A program made the position numbers and the translations under genes. Below are positions 1-9,519 of a stretch of 64,000 bases of DNA, in pieces (within the stretch, counting starts at the first letter, position 1; every line of letters begins with the position of its first letter). Source of the DNA: a virus; the IMG/VR virus record IMGVR_UViG_3300024581_003792, positions 32,001 through 96,000 of that record. One strand, given 5' to 3'. The notes beneath the pieces are model-generated. The model was given only the letters and a program-made list of their open reading frames with translations, was not told the origin of the DNA and made no database searches.

Positions 1-108
1 CTGAGCTAAAACTTGATTTATGTTATCTTCCGTTGCAAACCCGTTGAAATCCAAGTTCCCTATGTTATCTGCGTTTTGAGCTTGAGCTGTTATCAAGGTT
101 TTAGCCAT
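1..108 (-). CDS. hypothetical protein, 5' part only (runs off the window edge)
   Basis: ATG at 108-106 overlaps the TAA of the upstream gene (TAATG coupling); frame MAKTLITAQAQNADNIGNLDFNGF... is open to position 1. Confidence 0.6.
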   Translation of the reverse strand, partial: MAKTLITAQAQNADNIGNLDFNGFATEDNINQVLAQ

Positions 109-296
109 TACTTCTTACCCCTTAACTCTTTTTTTAATTGCTTGTATACGACTTCAATGTCGCCCTTCTTTAATAAGTCAGAAGGTGCTTCATTACCCAA
201 GGCTTCATTCGGCGTCTTAAGCCATTGCGTGGCGCTATAAAAAGGCATTTTATTTGCCAAAAGATTTAAAACGTCGTATTTTGATAAATTTCCCAT
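108..296 (-). CDS. Xre/MbcA/ParS-type antitoxin C-terminal domain protein (DUF2384-like), stand-alone
   Basis: 62 aa; ATQWLKTPNEALGNEAPSDLL matches the A..WL..PN.ALG...P.DLL signature; GTGTA motif upstream. Confidence 0.75.
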   Translation of the reverse strand: MGNLSKYDVLNLLANKMPFYSATQWLKTPNEALGNEAPSDLLKKGDIEVVYKQLKKELRGKK

Positions 297-358
297 ATAA
301 TATATATATTACACCAAAGTTTGTGTATTTATATTTATATATTAATCCTAAATAAATT

Positions 359-1084
359 ATGGGAAGAAAAAAAATTAATGCTGATACAGTAGAAGAGATT
401 GTTAAAAATACCTTCAAGTCAAAAATCACGGTAAAAGGAAAAAAATTAAGCGACAAACAGCAAGCCTTTCATAAAATAGCGATGGACGAAGAAACCAAAA
501 TAATCTTCGTTTCGGGACCAGCAGGATCAACCAAAACATATATGGCTGTATTCTCTGCACTTCGTCATCTTCAGAAAAATGAAGATCTCGATTTACTTTA
601 TGTAAGAACGGCAATTGAAAGCGCAGACAAAGGCCTTGGAGCTCTTCCAGGCACACTAGAAGAAAAGTTTAATCCTTACATGGCTCCACTCGAAGATAAG
701 CTTGACGAGATGCTCCCAAAGACAACGCCAATCAAAGATGATTTAGTTAAATCTGGTCGAGTGCAAGCAATGCCCATAAACTTTCTTCGAGGAGCAAGCT
801 GGATAAACAAAATTGTTGTTGCAGATGAATCGCAAAACTTTACCTTCAAAGAACTGGTTACATTAATCACCCGTATCGGTGACGGCACAAAACTATTTAT
901 CTGCGGTGATATTATGCAAAGCGATATCAATGGAAAAAGCGGTTTCAAAGATATGATAAATTTATTTAGAGATGAAGAAAGTGCTGAAAAAGGAATACAT
1001 TGCTTTAGATTTAATGAGCATGATATTTTCAGAAGTGAAATTTTAAAATATATTGTTAAAAAATTAAAAACACCAAAATCATAG
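359..1084 (+). CDS. phoH: PhoH-like ATPase
   Basis: Walker A-like GPAGSTKT, LGALPG..EEK..PY, FLRG, DESQN, TRIG, GD..QSD are typical PhoH motifs. Confidence 0.93.
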   Translation: MGRKKINADTVEEIVKNTFKSKITVKGKKLSDKQQAFHKIAMDEETKIIFVSGPAGSTKTYMAVFSALRHLQKNEDLDLLYVRTAIESADKGLGALPGTLEEKFNPYMAPLEDKLDEMLPKTTPIKDDLVKSGRVQAMPINFLRGASWINKIVVADESQNFTFKELVTLITRIGDGTKLFICGDIMQSDINGKSGFKDMINLFRDEESAEKGIHCFRFNEHDIFRSEILKYIVKKLKTPKS

Positions 1085-1097
1085 TGTATTCATATTT

Positions 1098-1715
1098 ATG
1101 GATGGATTGTATCTTATAATATCTGCATTAATTGGCGCTGCTGCCACGATTGCTAGTGTTTTAATATCAAGAAAGAATAAAGCGACTAGAGATCCAATAT
1201 TAAACGAAACGCAGAACAACGAGAACATCTATGCTGCGCTTCAATTTCTTATGGAAGAAATGTGTGCAGATAGAGCTTACATTCTACAATTTCATAATGG
1301 AGGTTATTATATTTCAGGTCGAAGTCAGCAAAAGTTTAGCTGCACTCATGAAATTACTCAGCCCGGAATAAGTCGTGAATGCTTGGATTCGCAGAATCAT
1401 ATTGTATCTAATTTCCACACTTACATCAACGAATTAACAAAAGATCAAAAATTTGCGTACACAGATTGCTCAAAAGTTCCTGATCATGTATTCTCTTCGA
1501 TGATGGAAAACAAAGGAGTAAAAAGTATTTACAATGTTCCAATCATGACGCTAAACCATCGGGTCATCGGAATACTTGGGGTTGACTACGTTAGAGACAG
1601 GGCCTCCAATAATTGTATAGGTTTTTGCCCAGAAGAAAGAAAAAATGAATTTGGCAAAAAAACACAAGAGTTCATGAAGCGTCAAGCCAGAGTAATAGCT
1701 GGTTACTTAATATAA
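1098..1715 (+). CDS. N-terminal TM helix + GAF-like domain protein (possible T4 T-like holin)
   Basis: Hydrophobic N-terminus LYLIISALIGAAATIASVLI; ADRAYILQFHNG and GVKSIYNVPI...VIGILGVDY are GAF-like strands. Confidence 0.55.
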   Translation: MDGLYLIISALIGAAATIASVLISRKNKATRDPILNETQNNENIYAALQFLMEEMCADRAYILQFHNGGYYISGRSQQKFSCTHEITQPGISRECLDSQNHIVSNFHTYINELTKDQKFAYTDCSKVPDHVFSSMMENKGVKSIYNVPIMTLNHRVIGILGVDYVRDRASNNCIGFCPEERKNEFGKKTQEFMKRQARVIAGYLI

Positions 1716-1718
1716 ATA

Positions 1719-1747
1719 TTGATTTTTAACTGTTTGCTTATTACTAT
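1719..1747 (+). promoter_or_regulatory. sigma70-type promoter
   Basis: TTGATT-N17-TACTAT, 11 nt upstream of ATG 1759. Confidence 0.6.
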
Positions 1748-1758
1748 AGGTAATAATT

Positions 1759-2121
1759 ATGCAAACTATATTTTGTACAGAATGCGGAAGTAAAGTGGTT
1801 TATTCTGGAGCCAAGCCAAAATTTTGCTCTTCTTGTGGTCATCCAATCGGGGGATCTGGTAAAAGTCAAGAGCAAGCTCAGAACGTGCAAGCAAAAATGC
1901 CAAGCATACGCGAGCAAGTTCAGGCCAAGAAAAACCTTCAGGAAGTTAAAGACGATGAGACAGATATTGATTATGTGCCGAATATCTCTTCATTTGATTA
2001 CGAAATCAATAGCGCAGGAAATCCAGTTTTTAAATTTGAAGATCTAATTAATGTCTCCGAGGAAGAAAAAACAGCCAAACCAAGAAGAGTCCAAAGCAAG
2101 CCTCGAAAAAAGTCAAAGTAA
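1759..2121 (+). CDS. double zinc-ribbon protein
   Basis: CTECG...FCSSCG at the N-terminus. Confidence 0.7.
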   Translation: MQTIFCTECGSKVVYSGAKPKFCSSCGHPIGGSGKSQEQAQNVQAKMPSIREQVQAKKNLQEVKDDETDIDYVPNISSFDYEINSAGNPVFKFEDLINVSEEEKTAKPRRVQSKPRKKSK

Positions 2122-2833
2122 AGAAGGATACGTTTACAGCGATTTTTCAGACGCTATTGACCAAGAGCTTGGCAAAAGAAGAAAAAACTGGTTTCTTACT
2201 TCTGTCGCATGGGTGGATTTTGATGATGTGTGTCAAATTATAAGGGCGCATATATACAAAAAATGGGACCAGTGGGATCAAAGCCGCCCGATTAAGCCAT
2301 GGCTTAATAAGATTATAGCAAATCAAATGAAGAATATCTTGCGTAATCATTATAGTAATTATGCGCGGCCTTGCCTAAACTGTCCGTTTAATTCGGACTC
2401 AGAATATCATTTGTGTAGTTTTACAGAATCTGGCGAGCAAGACAAAACTTGCCCTCTTTACGCTAAGTGGGAAAAATCTAAGAAATATGCATATAACGTT
2501 AAGATTACATTATCTCTAGACAGCCACATTCATGAGATTGATGGCGGCTCAGAAGGTTTTCTTGGTTTAGACATACAAGTTGCTTCAGAAAAATTAATAA
2601 GAGAATTAAAGAAACAATTGAATGACCGACAATTTATGGCTTTTGATTTATTATTTATACAGAATTTAACTGACGAAGAGGTAGCAACAAAAATGGGATT
2701 CAAAAGTACAGAGGTTGGCAGAAAAGCAGGATACAAGCAAATAAAGAACTTAAAAAAGACTTTAAAAGAAAAAGCTGTTAAAATATTAAAAAACAAAGGA
2801 ATTGCATTTTTAGGTGACGATGAAACTAAGTGA
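2051..2833 (+). CDS. phage RNA polymerase sigma factor (sigma70/ECF-like) with Cys-rich linker
   Basis: Region 2-like DFDDVCQ...WDQWDQSRPIKPWLNKIIANQMKNILR; region 4 HTH LNDRQ...LTDEEVATKMG; CLNC...C...C between them. Confidence 0.7.
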   Translation: MSPRKKKQPNQEESKASLEKSQSKEGYVYSDFSDAIDQELGKRRKNWFLTSVAWVDFDDVCQIIRAHIYKKWDQWDQSRPIKPWLNKIIANQMKNILRNHYSNYARPCLNCPFNSDSEYHLCSFTESGEQDKTCPLYAKWEKSKKYAYNVKITLSLDSHIHEIDGGSEGFLGLDIQVASEKLIRELKKQLNDRQFMAFDLLFIQNLTDEEVATKMGFKSTEVGRKAGYKQIKNLKKTLKEKAVKILKNKGIAFLGDDETK

Positions 2834-3869
2834 AGAACAAAAACAATTTATTAGAGATAATTTTAAATCTAATCCTAATTTACTTGACTTAACAAGGCAA
2901 GTTTTTGAAGATCCAACTATAGACGGAAGAAGCAAAGAGGGTAGGGCTGTAAGAGAATTTCTGGCAGAAGAGCAATTAGAATACAAAACAACTAAAAGAG
3001 ATAAAGTTCCAGATATACAATTAACTGACGAGCAAATCGACTTCATAAAGGCTCAGGCCCAAAATAATTTAAGCGCTTATCAAATTGCAGAGATATTATT
3101 CCCTGATGTTAATGTCAAGCGTTTTTGCAAAGAACATATGACAATAGTTGAATTTCTGCGTGAATATGAGCCTGCATATGTCCACGAAACAGAAACGGCG
3201 TTAAATAAAACATATAATCCGCCAAAAATCTTTAGCACGGCGCTCAAGAAAATAAATACTTTCATAATTAAAGATATGCAGGAGGATAAATTATCTCATG
3301 ATGAGATAAGCTGCGTAGAATCTCTGATGCGTAGTTTATCGGCCCCTAGGTTTATTCAAGTCATCAGCAACTACAACAGCATGAAAGACAGAGAATTGTT
3401 TGAGGCAGAATTTGTAAGAGCTACATGGGACAAGCCAGATTTAACAAGTGATGAAATAAACTTATATATCAATGTGTGTGTTGATTATATTAATTTAAAG
3501 AACATATCTTCACATATAGAAAAACTTAATACAATGTTTAATGAAGTAGAAGATCAACAAGATATGACAGTTCGTTTAGCAGAAGTATTAAAGTCTAAAA
3601 CTGATGAATATGATAAGTGTGAAAAAAGAATGGAGTCATTAATTAAAAAATTAAATGGTGATAGAGCAGAAAGATTAAAAAATAAAAGACAGGATAATGC
3701 AACCATTATATCACTCGTAAAGAACTTTCAAGCCGAGTCAGAACGTCGAAGAATGATAGAATTAGCAGAGATGCAAAAAAAATTAGTTGAAGATGAGGTA
3801 ACTCGCCTTGATAATATGGAAAGCTGGAAAGCCAGAATATTAGGAATATCAAAACACGACTCAGTATGA
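2814..3869 (+). CDS. hypothetical protein with HTH-like segment and C-terminal coiled coil (possible packaging/TerS-related)
   Basis: 351-aa ORF; LSAYQIAEILF HTH-like segment; lies upstream of TerL. Confidence 0.4.
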   Translation: MTMKLSEEQKQFIRDNFKSNPNLLDLTRQVFEDPTIDGRSKEGRAVREFLAEEQLEYKTTKRDKVPDIQLTDEQIDFIKAQAQNNLSAYQIAEILFPDVNVKRFCKEHMTIVEFLREYEPAYVHETETALNKTYNPPKIFSTALKKINTFIIKDMQEDKLSHDEISCVESLMRSLSAPRFIQVISNYNSMKDRELFEAEFVRATWDKPDLTSDEINLYINVCVDYINLKNISSHIEKLNTMFNEVEDQQDMTVRLAEVLKSKTDEYDKCEKRMESLIKKLNGDRAERLKNKRQDNATIISLVKNFQAESERRRMIELAEMQKKLVEDEVTRLDNMESWKARILGISKHDSV

Positions 3870-4120
3870 AAAAAATTGAATTATTAGTAGGAGATTATGA
3901 ATACTCTCAAATAGAGGAAATATTTGAGAACGAAAAAGATTTCAAGCCGGTTAATGAAAAAGACCAAGTTATAATAAAAGCCTTAAAAGAAATCATTAAT
4001 AAAAAAAACTTAAAAGAAGAAAATGTTGGGGGCAAAGAGACTACCTCGACAACAGTTAAAAAAATCAAGGAACCAGAAAATAAGTCACTTGACGAAGGAA
4101 AGGTAGAATTTAAAGTATGA
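3866..4120 (+). CDS. hypothetical protein
   Basis: ATGA overlap with upstream gene; 84 aa. Confidence 0.6.
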   Translation: MKKIELLVGDYEYSQIEEIFENEKDFKPVNEKDQVIIKALKEIINKKNLKEENVGGKETTSTTVKKIKEPENKSLDEGKVEFKV

Positions 4121-4374
4121 AAATTATCAGCGAAGAAGATAAAAATAAGATCATTGAAGGTGTCGCAACGGCTACTCTCAATTCTTTCAATATTAACGGG
4201 CTTGTCCAAGCCGCCAAGTTTTACTCTATTCATCTTGCTAACGAGCAATACTCGAATATGAAAGAAGACGAGAGATTAAAAATTCTTGACGAAATCAAAA
4301 AGGCCGAAGAAGCTGCTAAGCAGCCAGAGAAAACTGAGGAAACAGAAGAGCAAGAAGCTGTCGCTACCTCATAG
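4117..4374 (+). CDS. hypothetical protein
   Basis: ATGA overlap; 85 aa, acidic C-terminus. Confidence 0.6.
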   Translation: MKIISEEDKNKIIEGVATATLNSFNINGLVQAAKFYSIHLANEQYSNMKEDERLKILDEIKKAEEAAKQPEKTEETEEQEAVATS

Positions 4375-4421
4375 TAACCTTTTATTTTATTGGGTTGCTA
4401 ATTTATTTATTTTGCTTTAGT

Positions 4422-5528
4422 ATGCCCGAAGAATGCAAGATATGCCACAAGTCTTATAAAAATAAGCGTGGCCTCCATCTTCATGTATCTAGAATGCATG
4501 ATCTTTCTGTGCCTGAGTATTACGTGCAAGTATACCAGCGTAAAGATAAATATACAGGCGAACTATTAGAGTTCAAAGATACGGTGGATTATTTTGCTCG
4601 AGATTTCTCTAGCTTAGAAAACTTTATTGCTTGGTCAGAAAACGCTCCTGAAGATAAAGTAAGGGAGACTATGCTAAATCAATTAAAAGCACGTATAGAG
4701 GGCAAGAAGCTACCCTATGCGCCCTCTCACCTAGAGTTGACCCTAAATAAGTTACCATCAATTGACTTGTTTAAGAGATTTTTTGGTTCTTACTCAAAAG
4801 CTTGCAGTGAAATTAACATAGAGCCTTTGTACGACAAAGCCATACCCTCTGGTTTTTTTAAACGTGAAAAAGAGCTAGATGATGTAAAGATCTTAATAGA
4901 TACAAGAGAGAGGAAACCTTTATCATTCAATAAATCAGCTAGTTTAAAATTAGATTTTGGAGATTATGCTGTTGGCTCGCCTCATTACAACTATACTTAC
5001 GTTGATCGCAAAGATGAAGGTGATTTCCGTAGCACTATGACCACTGGTTTTGATCGCTTTGTGCGAGAGCTCAAACGAGCCGAGGAGTTTGATGCTTTTC
5101 TTTTTATCGTAGTCGAGGGTTCAATAGAATCAATTATAAAAAATAATATAGTAAATCCAACTCAAAGTAATTTGCCTTTTATTTGGCATAATATGCGGCA
5201 ATTATCTCATGATTTTCCGCGCCGCTGTCAATTTATTTTTACTGGGCAAAATGGTAAAAAATTATTTAATCAATTAGATTATGAATTTTATTCTAATTAC
5301 AGTCTTCTTCACTCGAAGGCTGCGCAGCTGAAAGCTGAAGGCCAGAGAGATAAAGCAGAAAAAATTAATAAAAAATTATGGTTTATTAAAAAAGATGTTT
5401 TCAAACCAGCTTACGAGTCTTACGTGAGTCAAGCGAGAAAAGTATCAGAAAGATTAATACCTAAACTTTTAGTTCACGGCAAAAAATTATGGAGAACCGA
5501 CTTGCAGTACTTTTTAGATAAGCGATGA
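4422..5528 (+). CDS. C2H2 zinc finger + ERCC4 (XPF/Mus81-like) nuclease
   Basis: Likely start MPEE at 4422; CKIC..GLHLHVSRMH finger; ILIDTRE..P, GDY, VDRK...DF, IVVEGS match ERCC4 motifs. Confidence 0.75.
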   Translation: MPEECKICHKSYKNKRGLHLHVSRMHDLSVPEYYVQVYQRKDKYTGELLEFKDTVDYFARDFSSLENFIAWSENAPEDKVRETMLNQLKARIEGKKLPYAPSHLELTLNKLPSIDLFKRFFGSYSKACSEINIEPLYDKAIPSGFFKREKELDDVKILIDTRERKPLSFNKSASLKLDFGDYAVGSPHYNYTYVDRKDEGDFRSTMTTGFDRFVRELKRAEEFDAFLFIVVEGSIESIIKNNIVNPTQSNLPFIWHNMRQLSHDFPRRCQFIFTGQNGKKLFNQLDYEFYSNYSLLHSKAAQLKAEGQRDKAEKINKKLWFIKKDVFKPAYESYVSQARKVSERLIPKLLVHGKKLWRTDLQYFLDKR

Positions 5529-7399
5529 CCTGGGAAGAAGGAAAGTTTTGTATCAGAAGTAATGGGCCAGACATTAATAAAGAATTAATGCAGGTCAAAG
5601 GGCATCTTGACGAGCAAGATGCCAAGTATCACCTTCATAACTTTTTAAGAGAAAACATAACATTTACAACGAATCTAATTGCGGGCGTAGACTTATTCCC
5701 TTTTCAGCATCTGGCAATTAAATCGATGCTAGAAACAGATTACTTTTTAGGTATCTGGAGTCGGGGTATGTCTAAATCATTTAGTACGGCTATATACGCC
5801 TTCCTTGATGCCATATTTAACCAAGGTGTCCAGATTGGTATTTTGGCGGCTACATTCCGTCAATCTAAAATGATATTTGAAAAAATCGAGGATATAGCTA
5901 ATAAGCCAGAAGCGCAGTTTCTGGCTCAATGTATCACAAAAAAATCAAAGAAGAACGACCAATGGACACTAGAAATTGGAGAATCTAAAATTATTGCTTT
6001 ACCATTAGGTGATGGATCTAAGTTACGTGGTTTTAGGTTTCATAGAATTATTATTGATGAGTTTTTGCTGATGCCTGAGCATGTGTACAATGAGGTTATA
6101 TTGCCGTTCTTGAGTGTTGTTCAAAATCCTACAGAAAGAGAAAAAGTCAGGAAACTAGAAGATCAGCTAATAGCTCAAGGAAAAATGAAGGAAGAAGATA
6201 GGCACCAATGGCCAAACAATAAATTAATTGCTCTTTCTTCTGCTAGTTATAAGTTTGAATATCTCTACAAGGTTTATGAAACTTTTGAAGATTTAATTCT
6301 AAATGGTGTTCCGGACGCAAAAAAAGATACATCAAAAAGAGTAATAATGCACTTTAGCTACGATGTTGCACCGCAAGCTCTGTACGATCAAAATTTGATA
6401 AATCAATCAAAGCAAACAATGAGTCAGTCTCAGTTTGATAGAGAGTTTAATGCTATATTTACTGACGACAGTAGTGGTTACTTTAAAACCTCAACCATGG
6501 CTTCATGTACAATCCCTGATGGGGATTCCCCTCATTTGGAAATCGCCGGCGAAAAAGATTCGAAATATTTACTTGCTTTTGATCCGAGTTGGGCTGAATC
6601 AGAAAGTTCAGATGATTTTGCCATACAATTATTTAAATTAAATGATAATACACAAACTGGTACATTAATTCATAGTTATGCCGTACCTGGTTTAAAGATG
6701 CAAGATCATATTAATTATTTTCACTACTTGTTAACTCATTTTAATATCGTTGCTGTGATTGGTGACTACGGTGGAGGTGTGCAATTTATGCAGGCGGCAA
6801 ACGCCAGCGAGCAATTTAATAAAAGCAATATTAACCTACAGGAGATAGTTGCCGACTTTGATAACCTAGAAAATTATCAAGATGGACTACTGGATGCAAA
6901 AAATCAATATAACTTAAAAGAAAAAAGGATATGCTTCCTGAGAAAACCAACCTCCGACTGGATAAGGCGCGCAAACGAGCTGCTTCAAGCAAATCTAGAT
7001 CATAAAAAAATATGGTTTGGATGCAGGCCATTAGATGAAAATTACCACAAAGAAATTAAGAAATCAGTGCCTGTAGATGAGCTTACATTTATGCCGAATC
7101 AAAAAGAAGTGCTAAAGAACGCTGGCAGCGGAAAGATTATTGATTTTCTTGATCACCAGTACGATATGGTAAATTATACTAAAAACCAGTGTGCACTGAT
7201 ACAAGTTTCCTCTTCACCTCAAGGCTCTCAAACATTTGGTCTGCCAAACAATTTAAAAAGACAGAGTGGGCCAAGTAAAACCAGAAAAGACTCTTACTCT
7301 GCCCTAGTGCTTGGCAATTGGATGATTAAGACTTATTATGACTTTATGAATGTAAAGAATGAGCCAATGGACACCACTTTTGTCCCTATAATGATATAA
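5525..7399 (+). CDS. terL: terminase large subunit
   Basis: LFPFQ adenine motif, Walker A SRGMSKS, LRG.R, Walker B IIIDE, coupling motif LSSA, RNase H-like AFDPS..SDD and KDSYSA; directly before portal. Confidence 0.9.
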   Translation: MTWEEGKFCIRSNGPDINKELMQVKGHLDEQDAKYHLHNFLRENITFTTNLIAGVDLFPFQHLAIKSMLETDYFLGIWSRGMSKSFSTAIYAFLDAIFNQGVQIGILAATFRQSKMIFEKIEDIANKPEAQFLAQCITKKSKKNDQWTLEIGESKIIALPLGDGSKLRGFRFHRIIIDEFLLMPEHVYNEVILPFLSVVQNPTEREKVRKLEDQLIAQGKMKEEDRHQWPNNKLIALSSASYKFEYLYKVYETFEDLILNGVPDAKKDTSKRVIMHFSYDVAPQALYDQNLINQSKQTMSQSQFDREFNAIFTDDSSGYFKTSTMASCTIPDGDSPHLEIAGEKDSKYLLAFDPSWAESESSDDFAIQLFKLNDNTQTGTLIHSYAVPGLKMQDHINYFHYLLTHFNIVAVIGDYGGGVQFMQAANASEQFNKSNINLQEIVADFDNLENYQDGLLDAKNQYNLKEKRICFLRKPTSDWIRRANELLQANLDHKKIWFGCRPLDENYHKEIKKSVPVDELTFMPNQKEVLKNAGSGKIIDFLDHQYDMVNYTKNQCALIQVSSSPQGSQTFGLPNNLKRQSGPSKTRKDSYSALVLGNWMIKTYYDFMNVKNEPMDTTFVPIMI

Positions 7400-7404
7400 A
7401 TCAC

Positions 7405-7436
7405 AAAGTTAACTTTTAACTTTTAAAGTAGACTTT
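7405..7436. repeat. pair of 12-bp palindromes 20 bp apart
   Basis: AAAGTTAACTTT (7405-7416) and AAAGTAGACTTT (7425-7436) in the terL-portal gap. Confidence 0.6.
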
Positions 7437-7462
7437 CAATTTCTTTGGTGTACTATAAATGT

Positions 7463-9487
7463 ATGCCTAGAAAATATACTAAAAAATCAGATTATTGGTC
7501 AAAGTTTAATACGTCTCATGGTTCATTAGAAGGAGAATCCATCCAAAAAAACATCGAAGATATTAAGCCTGCAAGCGCTGGTGATGCGTATTATACGGAA
7601 GCATCATACCAAAGAAATGTCAACCAAATTCAATCTGGAGAAAGTACGAGGGGAAGAAGAAACTTTACAGCTACAAACAAAAAGCCATCCAAGTATAAAA
7701 ACATACACGAATGCCCCCTTTCATATAGTAACGAAAAAAACTATATCAGCCCAAGGTCCTCTATCCTGCTTTGTCAAAAAGCTTACGCGAATATACCAAT
7801 CTTTAGAAATGCTATTGATGTAATGTCTGAGTTCTCTAATTCCGATATATATCTAGAAGGTGGCTCGGAAAAATCAAAAGCGTTTATAGAAAAATGGATG
7901 GAGAAAATAGAGATCTGGAAGCTCAAAGACCAGTATTTTAGAGAGTACTACCGTTCAGGTAATGTTTTTATGTATAAAGTAGACGCTAAGTTTACCGCAG
8001 AAGATTTATTGAAACTTAATAAAGTTTATGCTGCAGAAAATAAAATTTTACCTAATAGAAAAATACCTATAAAATATATATTCCTTAATCCTTATGATTT
8101 TGTAGCAGATAGAGTGTTATCTTTTAATGTACAAGATGGTGTTTATAAAAAAATACTAAGTGAATATGATATTCAAAGACTTCGTCACCCTCAAACGGAG
8201 TACGATAAGGAAGTATTTAATAATTTACCCCAAGACGCAAAAGACGGCATAAACAAAAAGTCTTTCAATCAAGAAGGTGTGCTTGTTAGTCTAGATCCCA
8301 AGAAGTTGCTCTTTTCTTTTTATAAGAAGCAGGATTATGAGCCATTCGCTACACCTTTTGGTTTTCCAGTTCTTGATGACATCAACTGGAAAATGGAGCT
8401 CAAAAAGGTAGATCAAGCTATAACAAGAACTATTGAAAACGTAATCTTATTGGTTACGATGGGCAACACTCCCGATAAAGGGGGAGTAAACCCAAACAAT
8501 CTAAAAGCTATGCAGGATTTGTTTCAAAATGAAAGCATAGGTCGGGCGCTAATAGCTGACTATACAACAAAAGCAGAATTTGTAATACCTGATCTTAATA
8601 AAGTATTAGGGCCTGTGAAATATGAAGTTGTGAATGAGGATATTAAAGAAGGGCTTCAAAACATTATCGTTGGTAAAGAAAATTACTCTAGCACACAAGT
8701 TAAAGCTCAAATTTTTCTAGAAAGATTGAAAGAAGCTAGAAATTCTTTTCTTAATGATGTGCTTCAGCCCCAAATTAAAGAGGTCTGCAAATCGATGGGT
8801 CTTAAAAACTTTCCTCAGGCTAAATTTGTAGAAATAGATATAAAAGACGAAGTGCAAATGCATAGAGTAACATCAAGACTTATAGAGATGGGTATTATTA
8901 CGCCAGAACAAGGCATGACAGCTCTCAAGCAAGGAGTTTATCCTAATCCTAAAGATTTATCACCAGCTCAAAGTAAATTTGTGTCAGAAAGAGAAAAAGG
9001 ATACTATACCCCATTGAGTGTATCCCAGCCAATACTATCAGAAGAAGAACAAGAGATGCAAAAGAACGCTTTAACCCAGCCAACCCCCACACCCAAGGTT
9101 GTTAACGATACAGGCAGACCAGCAGGCACTAAAACTAAAACAAACAATCTTATTGCCTCAGAAGATACTCATAGCAGGGCTGATATTCAATCTGTGATAT
9201 ATGCGGTTGAGGATTTAAATAAATTCATGGAGACCGAGCTAAAAAAGACATACAATAAAAAAAGATTATCGAAACAACAAAAAGAAATGCTAGCGAACTT
9301 ATCGGAAAGTATAGTTATGTCAAAAGACATGAATGAATGGGAGTCCTCCGCGTCTTCTTGCATAAAAGACTTTAATAATATAGAAAAATTAGACGTTAAG
9401 TCTGAGATATTAGATTTATGCGAGCAACACAGTATAGTATCATATCCTGCTGCTATTTTATATCATAGTAAAAAATCAAAAAAATAA
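7463..9487 (+). CDS. portal protein
   Basis: Position after terL; AYANIPIFRNAIDVMSEF and REYYRSGNVF portal-like segments; C-terminal GRP motif; likely start MPRK at 7463. Confidence 0.8.
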   Translation: MPRKYTKKSDYWSKFNTSHGSLEGESIQKNIEDIKPASAGDAYYTEASYQRNVNQIQSGESTRGRRNFTATNKKPSKYKNIHECPLSYSNEKNYISPRSSILLCQKAYANIPIFRNAIDVMSEFSNSDIYLEGGSEKSKAFIEKWMEKIEIWKLKDQYFREYYRSGNVFMYKVDAKFTAEDLLKLNKVYAAENKILPNRKIPIKYIFLNPYDFVADRVLSFNVQDGVYKKILSEYDIQRLRHPQTEYDKEVFNNLPQDAKDGINKKSFNQEGVLVSLDPKKLLFSFYKKQDYEPFATPFGFPVLDDINWKMELKKVDQAITRTIENVILLVTMGNTPDKGGVNPNNLKAMQDLFQNESIGRALIADYTTKAEFVIPDLNKVLGPVKYEVVNEDIKEGLQNIIVGKENYSSTQVKAQIFLERLKEARNSFLNDVLQPQIKEVCKSMGLKNFPQAKFVEIDIKDEVQMHRVTSRLIEMGIITPEQGMTALKQGVYPNPKDLSPAQSKFVSEREKGYYTPLSVSQPILSEEEQEMQKNALTQPTPTPKVVNDTGRPAGTKTKTNNLIASEDTHSRADIQSVIYAVEDLNKFMETELKKTYNKKRLSKQQKEMLANLSESIVMSKDMNEWESSASSCIKDFNNIEKLDVKSEILDLCEQHSIVSYPAAILYHSKKSKK

Positions 9488-9519
9488 ATAATTATTAATT
9501 TTGGTGTAATACCATTGTT

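Noticed and set aside
4395-4423. TTGCTA-N17-TAGTAT sigma70 promoter, and the TTG start at 4395
   Set aside because: The -10 box overlaps the likely ATG (4422), which is inconsistent with transcribing that start; the N-terminal extension looks non-coding
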